Assembly: GCA_020184695.1 (NCBI GenBank)
Contig: JAANOX010000263.1
Coordinates: 1-28,498 of the forward strand
Length of the DNA stretch: 28,498 nt
Origin: Histomonas meleagridis 2922-C6/04-290x
Taxonomy: Eukaryota > Protista > Parabasalia
Reading direction: 5' to 3'
The notes below the pieces were generated by a model. The model was not told the DNA's origin. It saw only the letters and a list, made by a program, of their open reading frames with translations, and did not search any database. This document shows, piece after piece, positions 18,840 to 28,169 of the stretch. The position numbers and the translations under genes were made by a program. Numbering within the stretch: position 1 is the stretch's first letter; the number at the start of each line of letters is the position of its first letter.

Positions 18840-19968
18840 ATGATAACTACTTCCTATTTGATCTTAAAAAATGAATGTTTAGAAAATCGATTTTTCATGG
18901 AACTCCTTTTAAAGTTAGAGAAAATTATCTTTATTTTAAAAGAAGAAAATTTTAATTTAATAGTTGAACAAACAATGAAATTATTTGATTGCATATTCAT
19001 TATGAAATTTCATTATAAGCAAATTGATTTATTTTGTATTTTTATCACAAAAGAATCTGGACAATATATATTATAAATATTTAGAAACAATTCAAACAAA
19101 AGAAGAAGAAATTAACAAAAATATTCAAAAAAAAATTATTGAAATTTTTACTAACATTTTGGTTGATATTAATTCACAAGAATCATTTTATATAATTGAG
19201 AAAATGATTATTCTAAATTTAATTAATAAAAGTATCATAAACAAATTTAATAATATTTTCTACAGAATCAAAAAATTCAGAACTTGTTAAATTTATATTA
19301 GAACAAAAAGGAACTGATATTAATGCTAAAAATATAAAATTTATTTTAATAATTTTATATTTCAAAATAATATTTGGAAATTATTTAAATTATTTGATAC
19401 AGCACTTATGATTGCATCTTCAAATGGTTATACAAAAATAGTTAAATTACTTCTTGAACAAGAAGGAATTGATATTAATGCTAAAGATATTTATTTGTTT
19501 TATTTAATATTTATTTTAATAATTTGGTAATTCAAAATAAGATTTGGAAATTATTTAAATTATTTAGAACAGCACTTATTTTAGCATCTCAAAATGGTCA
19601 TACAGAAATAGTTAAATTACTTCTTGAACAAGAAGGAATTGATGTTAATGCTAAAAATATTTATTTGTTTTATTTGATATTTATTTTAATAATTTCTTAT
19701 TTCAAAATAATATTTGGAAATTATTTAAATTATTTGATACAGCACTTATTTTAGCATCTTGGAATGGTCATACAAAAATAGTTAAATTACTTGTTGAACA
19801 AAACGGAATTGATATTAATGCTAAAGATATTTATTTGTTTTGTTTATAATTTATTTTAATAATTTTGGATTTCAAAACAAGATTTGGAAATTATTTAAGT
19901 TATTTCATACAGCACTTATTTCAGCATCTGAAAAAGGTTATACAGAAATAGTTAAATTATTTAAATAA
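18840..19968 (+). pseudogene. Internally deleted paralog of locus A (locus C): N-terminal domain joined directly to five spacer-interrupted ankyrin repeats
   Basis: The N-terminus (ELLLKLEKIIF..., QTKEEEINK..., QESFYIIEKM) aligns with 8449-8050, then jumps at ~19250 to FSTESKNSELVKFILEQKGTDINAKN. Ankyrin exons at 19396-19488, 19566-19658, 19736-19828 and 19906-19968 (TAA). Confidence 0.75.
19396..19905 (+). repeat. 170-bp tandem repeat (93-nt ankyrin exon + 77-nt spacer), three full units plus flanking partial units
   Basis: agcactt recurs at 19401, 19571, 19741 and 19911 (period 170). Confidence 0.95.
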
Positions 19969-20033
19969 AATTATAAAAAACTTTTAGAGGTAAATTTTAA
20001 AAGTGAATGTAATTATTCATTAACATTACCAAA

Positions 20034-21956
20034 TCAAAACGGATCAATTACTGAAAACGGATCTTTCGGCTGCTTCGCATCTGCTTCTTTTGCATTTCTT
20101 TGTTGGCTTGAGCCGAACATATTATATACGTTGCCATTATTTGCATCATTTCCTATCATATCAAACAAACCATTGTTTTGTTGCTGTTGTTTGCCATTAT
20201 CGAACACATCGAATAATTCGTTGTTTTGTTTTTGTGAATTTCCGTTATTAAACACATCGAATAATTCATTGTTTTGTTGCTGCTGCTGCTGCTGTTTTGG
20301 TTGTGATGTATTACTGCCGCTAAACATATCGAATAAGTCATTGTTTTGTTGCTGTGGCTGCGAAGAAGTTGGACGCTGTTGAGGTGGCGCATTGCCAAAG
20401 ATATCAAACAAGTCTTCGTTTTGCTGCTGTTGCTGCTGTGGCTTTGTTGCTTCATTATCTAAAATGTCGAATAAGTTGTTATTGTTATTTTGTTGCTGTT
20501 GCTGTTGAGAATTTGTTTTCTCATTGCCGAGAATATCAAACAAGTCATCGCTTTGTTGCGGTGGAACATTTTCTTTTGCGCTTTCATTGTCTAACATATC
20601 AAATAAGTCATTGTTTTGCTGTGAATTTGTGTTTGCGTTATCATTAGAAAAGATGTCTTTGGGTTGCTGTGGTTGAGCAGATTCGGAAATTGGCGTTTGT
20701 GAATCATCAATTACTCCGTCGTTACCAAGCATATCAAACAAGCCGCCGGTGCTGTTTGACGGATTTTGTGGTCGCGGCTGTGGAGGTGATTTCTGTGGTG
20801 GTTCTTGTGGTAGTTCATCATCATCAAATATAGATGTACTGTCAAGCATACCAAATGCGTCTTTTTGTGGAGGCCTTTTGTGTGGTTCATTTTGTCCATG
20901 ACGTTGTGGGGCATTTTGGATAGAAGTTGAAGTATATGGTTGATATGTTGGATTTGCTGGTTTTTCACTTTGACCTCCATAATGCTGTTGGATGTTGCTT
21001 GCAACTGAGGAGGCCTTCTCTTTGATGAAATTGGCGGTTTTGTTGAAGAATGATTTAAACTTATCTTTAGCATTTCTGATAGAAAAGTGATCATGGTCTT
21101 CAGTGTGTTGTTGGTGCTCTGGAAAGTAATCTGAGTCCTGATCTAGTCCTTCAAATGGGTCATATTGTTCTTCTGAGTTTCCGATTTCAGGGGTGCTCTG
21201 CTTTTGAACGTTTATTTCCGGAGGTTGTTTTTGAGTGAAAATTGGGTTCTCTCTTTGGGTGTTCCGAATAATTTGCGATGGATCAATATATAAGAAAGGA
21301 TTATTAATCTTCTCTGGTTTTGGTGTAGGTGTTGTTATTTCAATAGGATCACATAATTCATATGTTGAATCTCCAAATATGTTATTTTCTTCTTGAGCAG
21401 AAAATCCTCCAATAAGGTCTTCATTGCTACCATTAGAATTTGTTGGAAATCCGAATATATCTTGATTATTATTTTGATTGTTTGTAGATTGATAATCAAT
21501 CATATTGGGTGAATTAGCTTGGTCATTTTGTGTATGTTCTACTTTCCTCTTCCTTCTTTTACGACGTTCAGGTAGATGTGGTGGTTGCATTGAATGGTCA
21601 ACCCATTTTTCTTGTTCATACTTTTGACGAATAAACTTAGTCATATTTGTAACATCAGTTGATGAAGGTCTTTGGAAATCAGGTGGAAGAAGTGCCTCCC
21701 AATAAGCATTTGCTTTAGCATTACCAACTCTTTCCATCATCGCAGCTTCTTCTTCTTTCCATGTATCAAGTGTACATGAACGAACGAATGAAATATGCGT
21801 TCCTAAAGAACGGTGAATACCGCTGCAATTGATACAAATGAAAATTCCTAGTTTTGAAGAAGCCCATCTTGGATCTTTTGCACCACAGTCTGCACAACGT
21901 TGATTTTCTGGGAGGTTCATCAATGCTGTTACACGGCTCTTATAATCCACAGACAT
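20034..21956 (-). CDS. ArfGAP-domain protein (SMAP/AGFG-like) with low-complexity C-terminal tail, 640 aa
   Basis: Zn-finger CADC-x16-CINC with [12 protein letters not shown] and LDTW. The tail has NPF, DPF and repeated DLFD motifs. ATG 21956 (MSVDYK) follows an Inr-like TCATA; an upstream in-frame ATG (MSEEFW) is an alternative start. Confidence 0.92.
   Translation of the reverse strand: MSVDYKSRVTALMNLPENQRCADCGAKDPRWASSKLGIFICINCSGIHRSLGTHISFVRSCTLDTWKEEEAAMMERVGNAKANAYWEALLPPDFQRPSSTDVTNMTKFIRQKYEQEKWVDHSMQPPHLPERRKRRKRKVEHTQNDQANSPNMIDYQSTNNQNNNQDIFGFPTNSNGSNEDLIGGFSAQEENNIFGDSTYELCDPIEITTPTPKPEKINNPFLYIDPSQIIRNTQRENPIFTQKQPPEINVQKQSTPEIGNSEEQYDPFEGLDQDSDYFPEHQQHTEDHDHFSIRNAKDKFKSFFNKTANFIKEKASSVASNIQQHYGGQSEKPANPTYQPYTSTSIQNAPQRHGQNEPHKRPPQKDAFGMLDSTSIFDDDELPQEPPQKSPPQPRPQNPSNSTGGLFDMLGNDGVIDDSQTPISESAQPQQPKDIFSNDNANTNSQQNNDLFDMLDNESAKENVPPQQSDDLFDILGNEKTNSQQQQQQNNNNNLFDILDNEATKPQQQQQQNEDLFDIFGNAPPQQRPTSSQPQQQNNDLFDMFSGSNTSQPKQQQQQQQNNELFDVFNNGNSQKQNNELFDVFDNGKQQQQNNGLFDMIGNDANNGNVYNMFGSSQQRNAKEADAKQPKDPFSVIDPF
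20100..20830 (-). repeat. Degenerate coding repeats: (Q)n-N-N-[DE/G]-L-F-D-[MIV]-[LF] motifs
   Basis: About ten LFD units separated by poly-Q/N linkers in the ArfGAP tail. Confidence 0.8.
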
Positions 21957-22206
21957 TTTGAATATGACCAGATAACCATTCAAAACGCAGTACGTTAAAA
22001 TTAACGTTTCCCAGAACTCTTCGCTCATATTAAAATACAGTAAATAAAATTGAAAAACAGAAGAAAACATCAAATGTTTCAATGGTTCACATCTTAATAT
22101 CTTTTGGAGAATATCACAATAATTTTAATGAAAAACACATAAACATTAATTAACATTTTATTTTGTTACAAAAGTCTGTTATTAATAAGAATAATAATAA
22201 TAATAA

Positions 22207-23535
22207 TTAAAATCCATTTTCTTCATATTCTTCTTCTTCTTCATATTCATAAGCATATTCGATCTCTTCCACCAACGATTGTATTGGTCCTCCATATCTT
22301 CTCTCCATTACATTTGATATTGGAATGTGCACCTCTATCAGGTACTTATCCCATATTTCGTTACTTTCGATCATTTTAGCTTCGATCATTACATTTATTA
22401 ATGAAGTTAACTTGTGAAGATGTCCCCAATAGTTCGCTTGTATTTCATATCGACGATGGAATTCCATTGCAATGATGTTCATAATGTTTGTCTCTTGTAT
22501 GAACATTGAATATTCACTTAAAACTGATAATTCTTCAAATAAATATACAAATGAATTATGAAGAAATGTATTGAATGGAAATTCGAAAAATATTTTGAGT
22601 AAAAATACAAAAATATTTGCAATGAGATCCGAAAAATTCGGAATGTTTTTGATTAAATGGCATATGATTAAAATTAAATAATAATGTGATGATTCAAATT
22701 TTTCACTATTTACTATAAAATCATGAAAAACTTGTAAATGGTTTAACAAATTAACGACAAATGTCGACGTAACTTGTGAACATTGGGTAATCTTATGAAT
22801 ATACTTGAAACATAACTCATGAAAAAGATTAAATTCAAACGAGATACGTAATACAGAATTGATAAATACGTCTTTGGAATAAAATAATAAGTACGGAACA
22901 TCAAATTTGAATAAATCAATCAACGAATATGAAAATTGTAATACTCGTTTGAGGACAATTTCATTGGGAGTTTGAAGATGTGTAACAAGAATTGAAAAAG
23001 AATCAAAACGAACGAGAAATCCTTTCAATTCTTTTGGATATTGTGTAATGGTATAAAATAATTCATCACATATCATCCTGTCTGATAGTGTAAATATGTT
23101 CTTGAATATGATTTCAGAGTTTGCTTGATTAAATTTCTTTAAGATTTTGCCTTTGGTACGTTCAATAAAATGAATAAGAAGTTTAATCGAATTCTCAACA
23201 AAATGAGGATTGACTGTATTCGTGGTAAGGAATTCAATAATTTCTAGAAAAAACTGAAAACGATTATCAATTGAACGAAATATCATTTCTGGTAATTCAA
23301 GGAGTAAAAATAGACTTTCATCATTAAGAGTATGTTGATTTATGGATGTCTTACCTATTGCACAATTAATTAAATCAAGGTAATGGTTATAAACAAAATA
23401 TAATAAATTTGGAAGTTTTTGTCTTATAGCTATAATTGAATTTGGGTTTAATAGTAGTTCATCTAGAGTTAATTTCCCGTTTAAAGCGCTTTGATCTAAA
23501 GCCCTATAGAACTTTAAGCGATCCAAAAGAGACAT
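22207..23535 (-). CDS. SIT4/PP6 phosphatase-associated (SAPS)-like protein, 442 aa
   Basis: N-terminal TLDELL...LLYF, FPFNTFLHN, YWGHLHKL, a conserved-type W near the end and an acidic tail resemble the SAPS pattern. The ORF track starts at TTG 23544; the first ATG is at 23535. Confidence 0.6.
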   Translation of the reverse strand: MSLLDRLKFYRALDQSALNGKLTLDELLLNPNSIIAIRQKLPNLLYFVYNHYLDLINCAIGKTSINQHTLNDESLFLLLELPEMIFRSIDNRFQFFLEIIEFLTTNTVNPHFVENSIKLLIHFIERTKGKILKKFNQANSEIIFKNIFTLSDRMICDELFYTITQYPKELKGFLVRFDSFSILVTHLQTPNEIVLKRVLQFSYSLIDLFKFDVPYLLFYSKDVFINSVLRISFEFNLFHELCFKYIHKITQCSQVTSTFVVNLLNHLQVFHDFIVNSEKFESSHYYLILIICHLIKNIPNFSDLIANIFVFLLKIFFEFPFNTFLHNSFVYLFEELSVLSEYSMFIQETNIMNIIAMEFHRRYEIQANYWGHLHKLTSLINVMIEAKMIESNEIWDKYLIEVHIPISNVMERRYGGPIQSLVEEIEYAYEYEEEEEYEENGF

Positions 23536-23888
23536 TTTTGTCAAAAATTTTCCTGAGAATTAACTGGGCGGTTAAAAAGTGTCCGTTGTTTCCAATTATT
23601 CAGAGGAAAAAGAATGTGGTAACTTAACGTGCAGCTATTTTTCAAATGCAAATATCTTATCAACTACATGATATTTTCAAGACTTTTTGTGTCTTTTATG
23701 TTACCATAAAATTTTAAATATTTTTTAATTATTTGTTTTACAATTCACATCAGTTAATTTTCAGTATCATCAAATGAAAAAAAATAGTGAGTTAATTTAC
23801 CTGAAAAAAAAGTGTACAGTATTTGAATAGTTTACCCGATCGTCATTTGGCGCCGAAATTCACTAGCTATGTTTGACTTCAGTCAACA

Positions 23889-25535
23889 ATGGGAGGTATC
23901 TTTTCCAAACCAGTTGAAGAGCAACCACATGTTTTAGCAGCTCCTATAAAGCAACCAAAACCAAGTCAAGAAAGAGGAGAAAGAAACTATGAGCGCCCTA
24001 AGCCAAAAGAAAAGGAACCACCTAAAATCAATAGACGCTTCATCCCAGAAACTATTGAAGATCCAAGTCCTGGTGATCCTTGTGGCCTTTATATGGAAGG
24101 CCTAAATTATCATTGGGATCGTGAAAAGTTTGAAAAATTCCTTGTTAAAGAAGGCATATCATTTTTACGCACCTCAAAGAAGAAGAGCCAATATCAAGGA
24201 AGCATTATTTTTGATAATAATGCAGATCGCAAAAAAGCATATGAGCATCTTTCTCAAAATCTTTTTGCAAATCGACAACTCTTTATTGTTCCACTTAAAA
24301 AGAACCACCGTGTCACCGAAATGTTATGTCATCGTCTTCGTGCACGTGCCACATCAGATCTTGAAACACGTTCAATTGATGATCGCGTTGCTCCATGGCA
24401 TCACATGTCATATAGCGATCAAATCGCGCACAAGTCCGCCAAATTCAGCAAGATCATTGAGCCCATTACTCCACCCAACTCACCGCTTATGACAGTCTTT
24501 CCAGCGCCTAAAACAAGTGCATATCGTAACAATGTCGAACTCACAGTTGGCTATGATCTTAATGGCAACATCTGTGTTGGCTTTAATTTAGGTTCACGAG
24601 TTGAAGATGTTGTTGCACCACTTACATCATGTTATAACGTACCCAAAATTGCGCCACATTTAGCCGAAGAACTTCGCAAATTTATCATCGAAACTAAAAC
24701 GCCTGTTTTCGATCGATGTCTTAACACAGGCTATTGGAAGTTTGTGCTTATTCGCACAACAGAGACAGGGCAATCGATGATGTCCACATGTATCTTTGGA
24801 AAACTTGACGAACAAATAATCAAAAAATACATCGAACGTTTTGCGCCACAAGTCACATCGTTATACATTGCAGAGACTAATGCATACGAAGGATATGGAA
24901 AGGATCCAAACTTTAGATTATTATCCGGACCGGCAACAATTGAAGAACATTTACGTGGACTTCAATTCGATATATCGCCGATGTCATTTTTCCAAACGAA
25001 TACATCTGGAGCAGAAGTGTTGTTCTCTAAGATCGAAGAACAAGCAGAAGTCGATGAGAACACAATTTTGGTCGACGTATGTTGTGGAACAGGTGTAATA
25101 GGACTTGCAATGGCTCACAAAGTAAAGAGAGTCATTGGCGTAGACATAGAAGAACAAGCGATTCAAGACGCAATAAGAAATGCGCAGAAGAATAACATAA
25201 ATAACGCAGAGTTCATTGCTGGTAAAGCAGAAGATACATTGAACGAAATATTACAAAGATATGCCGAAGAAGGTGCGAAAATTGTTTGCATCGTGGACCC
25301 ACCGCGCGCTGGATTACATAAGAAAGCCGCTTATGCACTGAGGGATTGCGAATACGTAAGAAGAATAGTATACGTAAGCTGTAACCCGGAGTCATTAGTT
25401 AGAGATTCACAGACAATTTTGATGAATCCAAATACAGGAAAAGGCACAAAACCATTTTCACCAAGAAATTGGTTCGGTGTTGATATGTTCCCTCATACAG
25501 ACAGAGTGGAATTAGTAATGCTAATGACGCGCTAA
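23889..25535 (+). CDS. TRM2: tRNA (uracil-5-)-methyltransferase, TrmA/TRM2/TRMT2A family, with N-terminal RRM-like region
   Basis: YRNNVELTVG, SPMSFFQTN, SAM-binding DVCCGTGVIG, VDPPRAGL, catalytic YVSCNP and DMFPHTDRVE motifs. Confidence 0.93.
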   Translation: MGGIFSKPVEEQPHVLAAPIKQPKPSQERGERNYERPKPKEKEPPKINRRFIPETIEDPSPGDPCGLYMEGLNYHWDREKFEKFLVKEGISFLRTSKKKSQYQGSIIFDNNADRKKAYEHLSQNLFANRQLFIVPLKKNHRVTEMLCHRLRARATSDLETRSIDDRVAPWHHMSYSDQIAHKSAKFSKIIEPITPPNSPLMTVFPAPKTSAYRNNVELTVGYDLNGNICVGFNLGSRVEDVVAPLTSCYNVPKIAPHLAEELRKFIIETKTPVFDRCLNTGYWKFVLIRTTETGQSMMSTCIFGKLDEQIIKKYIERFAPQVTSLYIAETNAYEGYGKDPNFRLLSGPATIEEHLRGLQFDISPMSFFQTNTSGAEVLFSKIEEQAEVDENTILVDVCCGTGVIGLAMAHKVKRVIGVDIEEQAIQDAIRNAQKNNINNAEFIAGKAEDTLNEILQRYAEEGAKIVCIVDPPRAGLHKKAAYALRDCEYVRRIVYVSCNPESLVRDSQTILMNPNTGKGTKPFSPRNWFGVDMFPHTDRVELVMLMTR

Positions 25536-25714
25536 AAGTGATTATAAACACATTTTCTAATCATAAATTATCTTTCGTCATAAACTGTTTCAAGTATTCA
25601 AATCCAAACCAACAAAAACGATAACCAATTGAATTTTGTGTTGGCGGTAAAAAAAACTCACAAAAAGTCGAACACAAAGTTGCCAGCAGCAGTTTTTAGG
25701 TGAAATTGAAGTAC

Positions 25715-27046
25715 TCAAAGGTTGTCAAGAAGACGATCACCTGTATCGCAGGTAAAGTTAGTGAAAGCGTCCTGCGTGTCCTGATCGATCAAGCTGCTAT
25801 CGACGTATGAATTGCCTGGAGCTTCTCCAGTAAATTCTTCATCGAAACATGAAACATCAGTTGCATCTGAAATTGGTGGCACCCATTCAGGTTCATATTT
25901 CTTGTCGTAGACTGCCTTCCAATCTAAGGATGAGAAGAAAGGATGTGCTTTGACATCTTCGACATCTCTTTCGCTACTACCTAATCTAGTCTCAACATTA
26001 CGATCAAGAAGCTTAGAAATGAAGTCAGTGGCATCTGCTGACATCGATGATGGGAAATCAATGTTATCATTAAGGATCGCACGATACATTGAATTGACAT
26101 TCTCATCATAAAATGGTGGAAGGCCAGTCAACATTTCGAAGATTAAGACTCCAAAGCTCCACCAATCAACTGCTTTTGTATATGATTGTCTCTGAAGCAT
26201 TTCTGGTGCAAGATATTCTGGTGTTCCGCAGAAGGTTGTTGTTGTGTTGTCACCGGCGACTTCTTTTGCAAGACCAAAATCAGTTATTCTGATATGTCCT
26301 TGCATATCAATAAGAATGTTTTCGGGTTTGAGATCACGATAAATAACACCCATGGAGTGAAGGTGACCAATGGCAAGTGCAATTTCGGCGGCATAGAGAC
26401 GAACACGTGATTCTGAAAATGTGGTTTCATCTTTAAGTCGGCCAAACAATTCTCCACCAGGAACATAGTCAAGAATCATGTAAAGCTTGGCTTGTGTTTG
26501 GAACGCATAGTGTGCACCAACTAAGAATGGATGACGACATCTCAATAAAATACTTCTTTCAGTAATGATTTGATCAAGTTGGTCGTTTTCGGCAAGTACA
26601 CGCTTGCTCATTGACTTCATTGCAAAGAGTTGGCCGGTTGACTTAAGTCTGACTAATTGAACTTTACCATATGTGCCACGACCAAGAACTCTCAATATGT
26701 CAAAATCTTCTACAGTCATCTTCTTTTCTTCTTTCCTTTCTACGGTCTTGCCAGATTTGATGTCGTTAAGAATTTCAACCCATTCGTTTACCAATTTTGG
26801 TGTATCTGTGACCAAATAATAGACTTTACCAGAGCCTGCATCTATCTTGAATGCTGGTTGTTTTTTACACTCTGGTGCTGCTTCAATGCTGACTAAAGAA
26901 GGGATATTAAATTTTCCTTGTTCAGCGGCACCTGGCTTCCTATAATAAATAAGGTCCTGTCCGATGATCCGGAAGTAGCGACGACCCCATTTAGTGTGTT
27001 TTCCAGGTTTTTGCTTGTTTAACCATCCGTCTTTGATTGAGCTCAT
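25715..27046 (-). CDS. PH-domain AGC Ser/Thr kinase (PKB/Akt-like), 443 aa
   Basis: N-terminal PH domain (KDGWLNK...RRYF...W). Kinase motifs GRGTYGKV, AMK, YRDLKPEN, DFG and TFCGTPEYLAPE; AGC C-tail with hydrophobic motif FTNFT. First ATG is at 27046. Confidence 0.95.
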   Translation of the reverse strand: MSSIKDGWLNKQKPGKHTKWGRRYFRIIGQDLIYYRKPGAAEQGKFNIPSLVSIEAAPECKKQPAFKIDAGSGKVYYLVTDTPKLVNEWVEILNDIKSGKTVERKEEKKMTVEDFDILRVLGRGTYGKVQLVRLKSTGQLFAMKSMSKRVLAENDQLDQIITERSILLRCRHPFLVGAHYAFQTQAKLYMILDYVPGGELFGRLKDETTFSESRVRLYAAEIALAIGHLHSMGVIYRDLKPENILIDMQGHIRITDFGLAKEVAGDNTTTTFCGTPEYLAPEMLQRQSYTKAVDWWSFGVLIFEMLTGLPPFYDENVNSMYRAILNDNIDFPSSMSADATDFISKLLDRNVETRLGSSERDVEDVKAHPFFSSLDWKAVYDKKYEPEWVPPISDATDVSCFDEEFTGEAPGNSYVDSSLIDQDTQDAFTNFTCDTGDRLLDNL

Positions 27047-27233
27047 TCTGCTTTGTAACAAATCTAACGGTTATTTTGAATGAATTATTGTTCTTTTCAG
27101 AAGGAACGTTTATTAACTCACAAATAATATGTAAACATTTGAAATTTTGGAATTTTTATAAACTTAAAAAAAAGCTAGAAAAAATAAACTATACAAATAA
27201 AAAAGTTGGAGGCAAACACTGAGTGAAACTCTT

Positions 27234-28169
27234 ATGTGCATATTTCTTTTGCCATGTTTCACTTTGGCATGTGATTTCAACTTGAATGCAGATACACAAC
27301 CAGTTATGTTTGGATTAGATCTTAAAGTTAGTCAATGTATCTCAATATCTATTAAAAACAACTCATATTTCCATATGTTTTCAAGTAATGATACTCTCTC
27401 CGTAGAGAGATTTTTTGTACATGAAAAACCTCTGCGTTTTGACTTAGATTATAAAGCTACTATCCCTGATACGGCAATAGGTGACGATGTATTCGACGCT
27501 CCAGCACAATATACATTTACTGCATTACGTCCAGTATATTTTTCAGTGTCATATGGAATTCTTGCACCTTTTGATTGTCAAAAAGTTATTATTGATAACT
27601 ATAATCCCTGGGATATAAAAATCACTAACGAACAAAACATAACAGAAAGAACCTGTTTTTTTGCAGCTGCACCAGCTCAACAAAAAATCACTGGTGAATT
27701 AAAGAATTGTAAGTTATGTCCACAAATCGACATTTATGATGGTGCAATAGAACAACCCATATCACATTTATCTGAGCCTACAAATGTTTCTATTCAATCA
27801 ATTCAATCAAGGCCATTAATTATTGTTATATCTCCAAATTACGATAATTCAGGAAATATTAATTCACCAGGATTTGACCTTAGCCTTCATATATCCGCAG
27901 ACACCAAGTTCGAGTACGCCCCGCATCACCTCGAATACTCATTTAAAAACTTAACGGTCGTTTCGCCCATCACCCATAAACAACGCGAAACAACAATCTT
28001 GATCATCATCGGAATTTCCATTATGATATTGTTATGTTTTATATTAATTGGGAAGATTTCATATAATGAATGCTTGTGTAGAGCAATAGAAGAGAATCAA
28101 ACGATAAATGACTCGTTGCTGTATTCCATTCCGAATTACACTCAAAACACGAACTCTCAGCAAAATTAA
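27234..28169 (+). CDS. Hypothetical single-pass membrane protein (signal-like N-terminus, C-terminal TM helix)
   Basis: 311-aa ORF; hydrophobic N-terminus MCIFLLPCFTLAC and TM segment TILIIIGISIMILLCFILIG; no recognisable family. Confidence 0.65.
   Translation: MCIFLLPCFTLACDFNLNADTQPVMFGLDLKVSQCISISIKNNSYFHMFSSNDTLSVERFFVHEKPLRFDLDYKATIPDTAIGDDVFDAPAQYTFTALRPVYFSVSYGILAPFDCQKVIIDNYNPWDIKITNEQNITERTCFFAAAPAQQKITGELKNCKLCPQIDIYDGAIEQPISHLSEPTNVSIQSIQSRPLIIVISPNYDNSGNINSPGFDLSLHISADTKFEYAPHHLEYSFKNLTVVSPITHKQRETTILIIIGISIMILLCFILIGKISYNECLCRAIEENQTINDSLLYSIPNYTQNTNSQQN

Noticed and set aside
19497-19567. A single 71-nt GT...AG intron per ankyrin spacer
   Set aside because: It works only for this unit; equivalent positions in the others end in GA or CA or lack the GT. 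It has no branch site and would discard the in-register GGA codon.
19657-19740. U12-type AT-AC intron (ATATTT...GATAC)
   Set aside because: It does not preserve the ankyrin frame and lacks the ATATCCTT and branch consensus; a minor spliceosome is not known to me in trichomonads.
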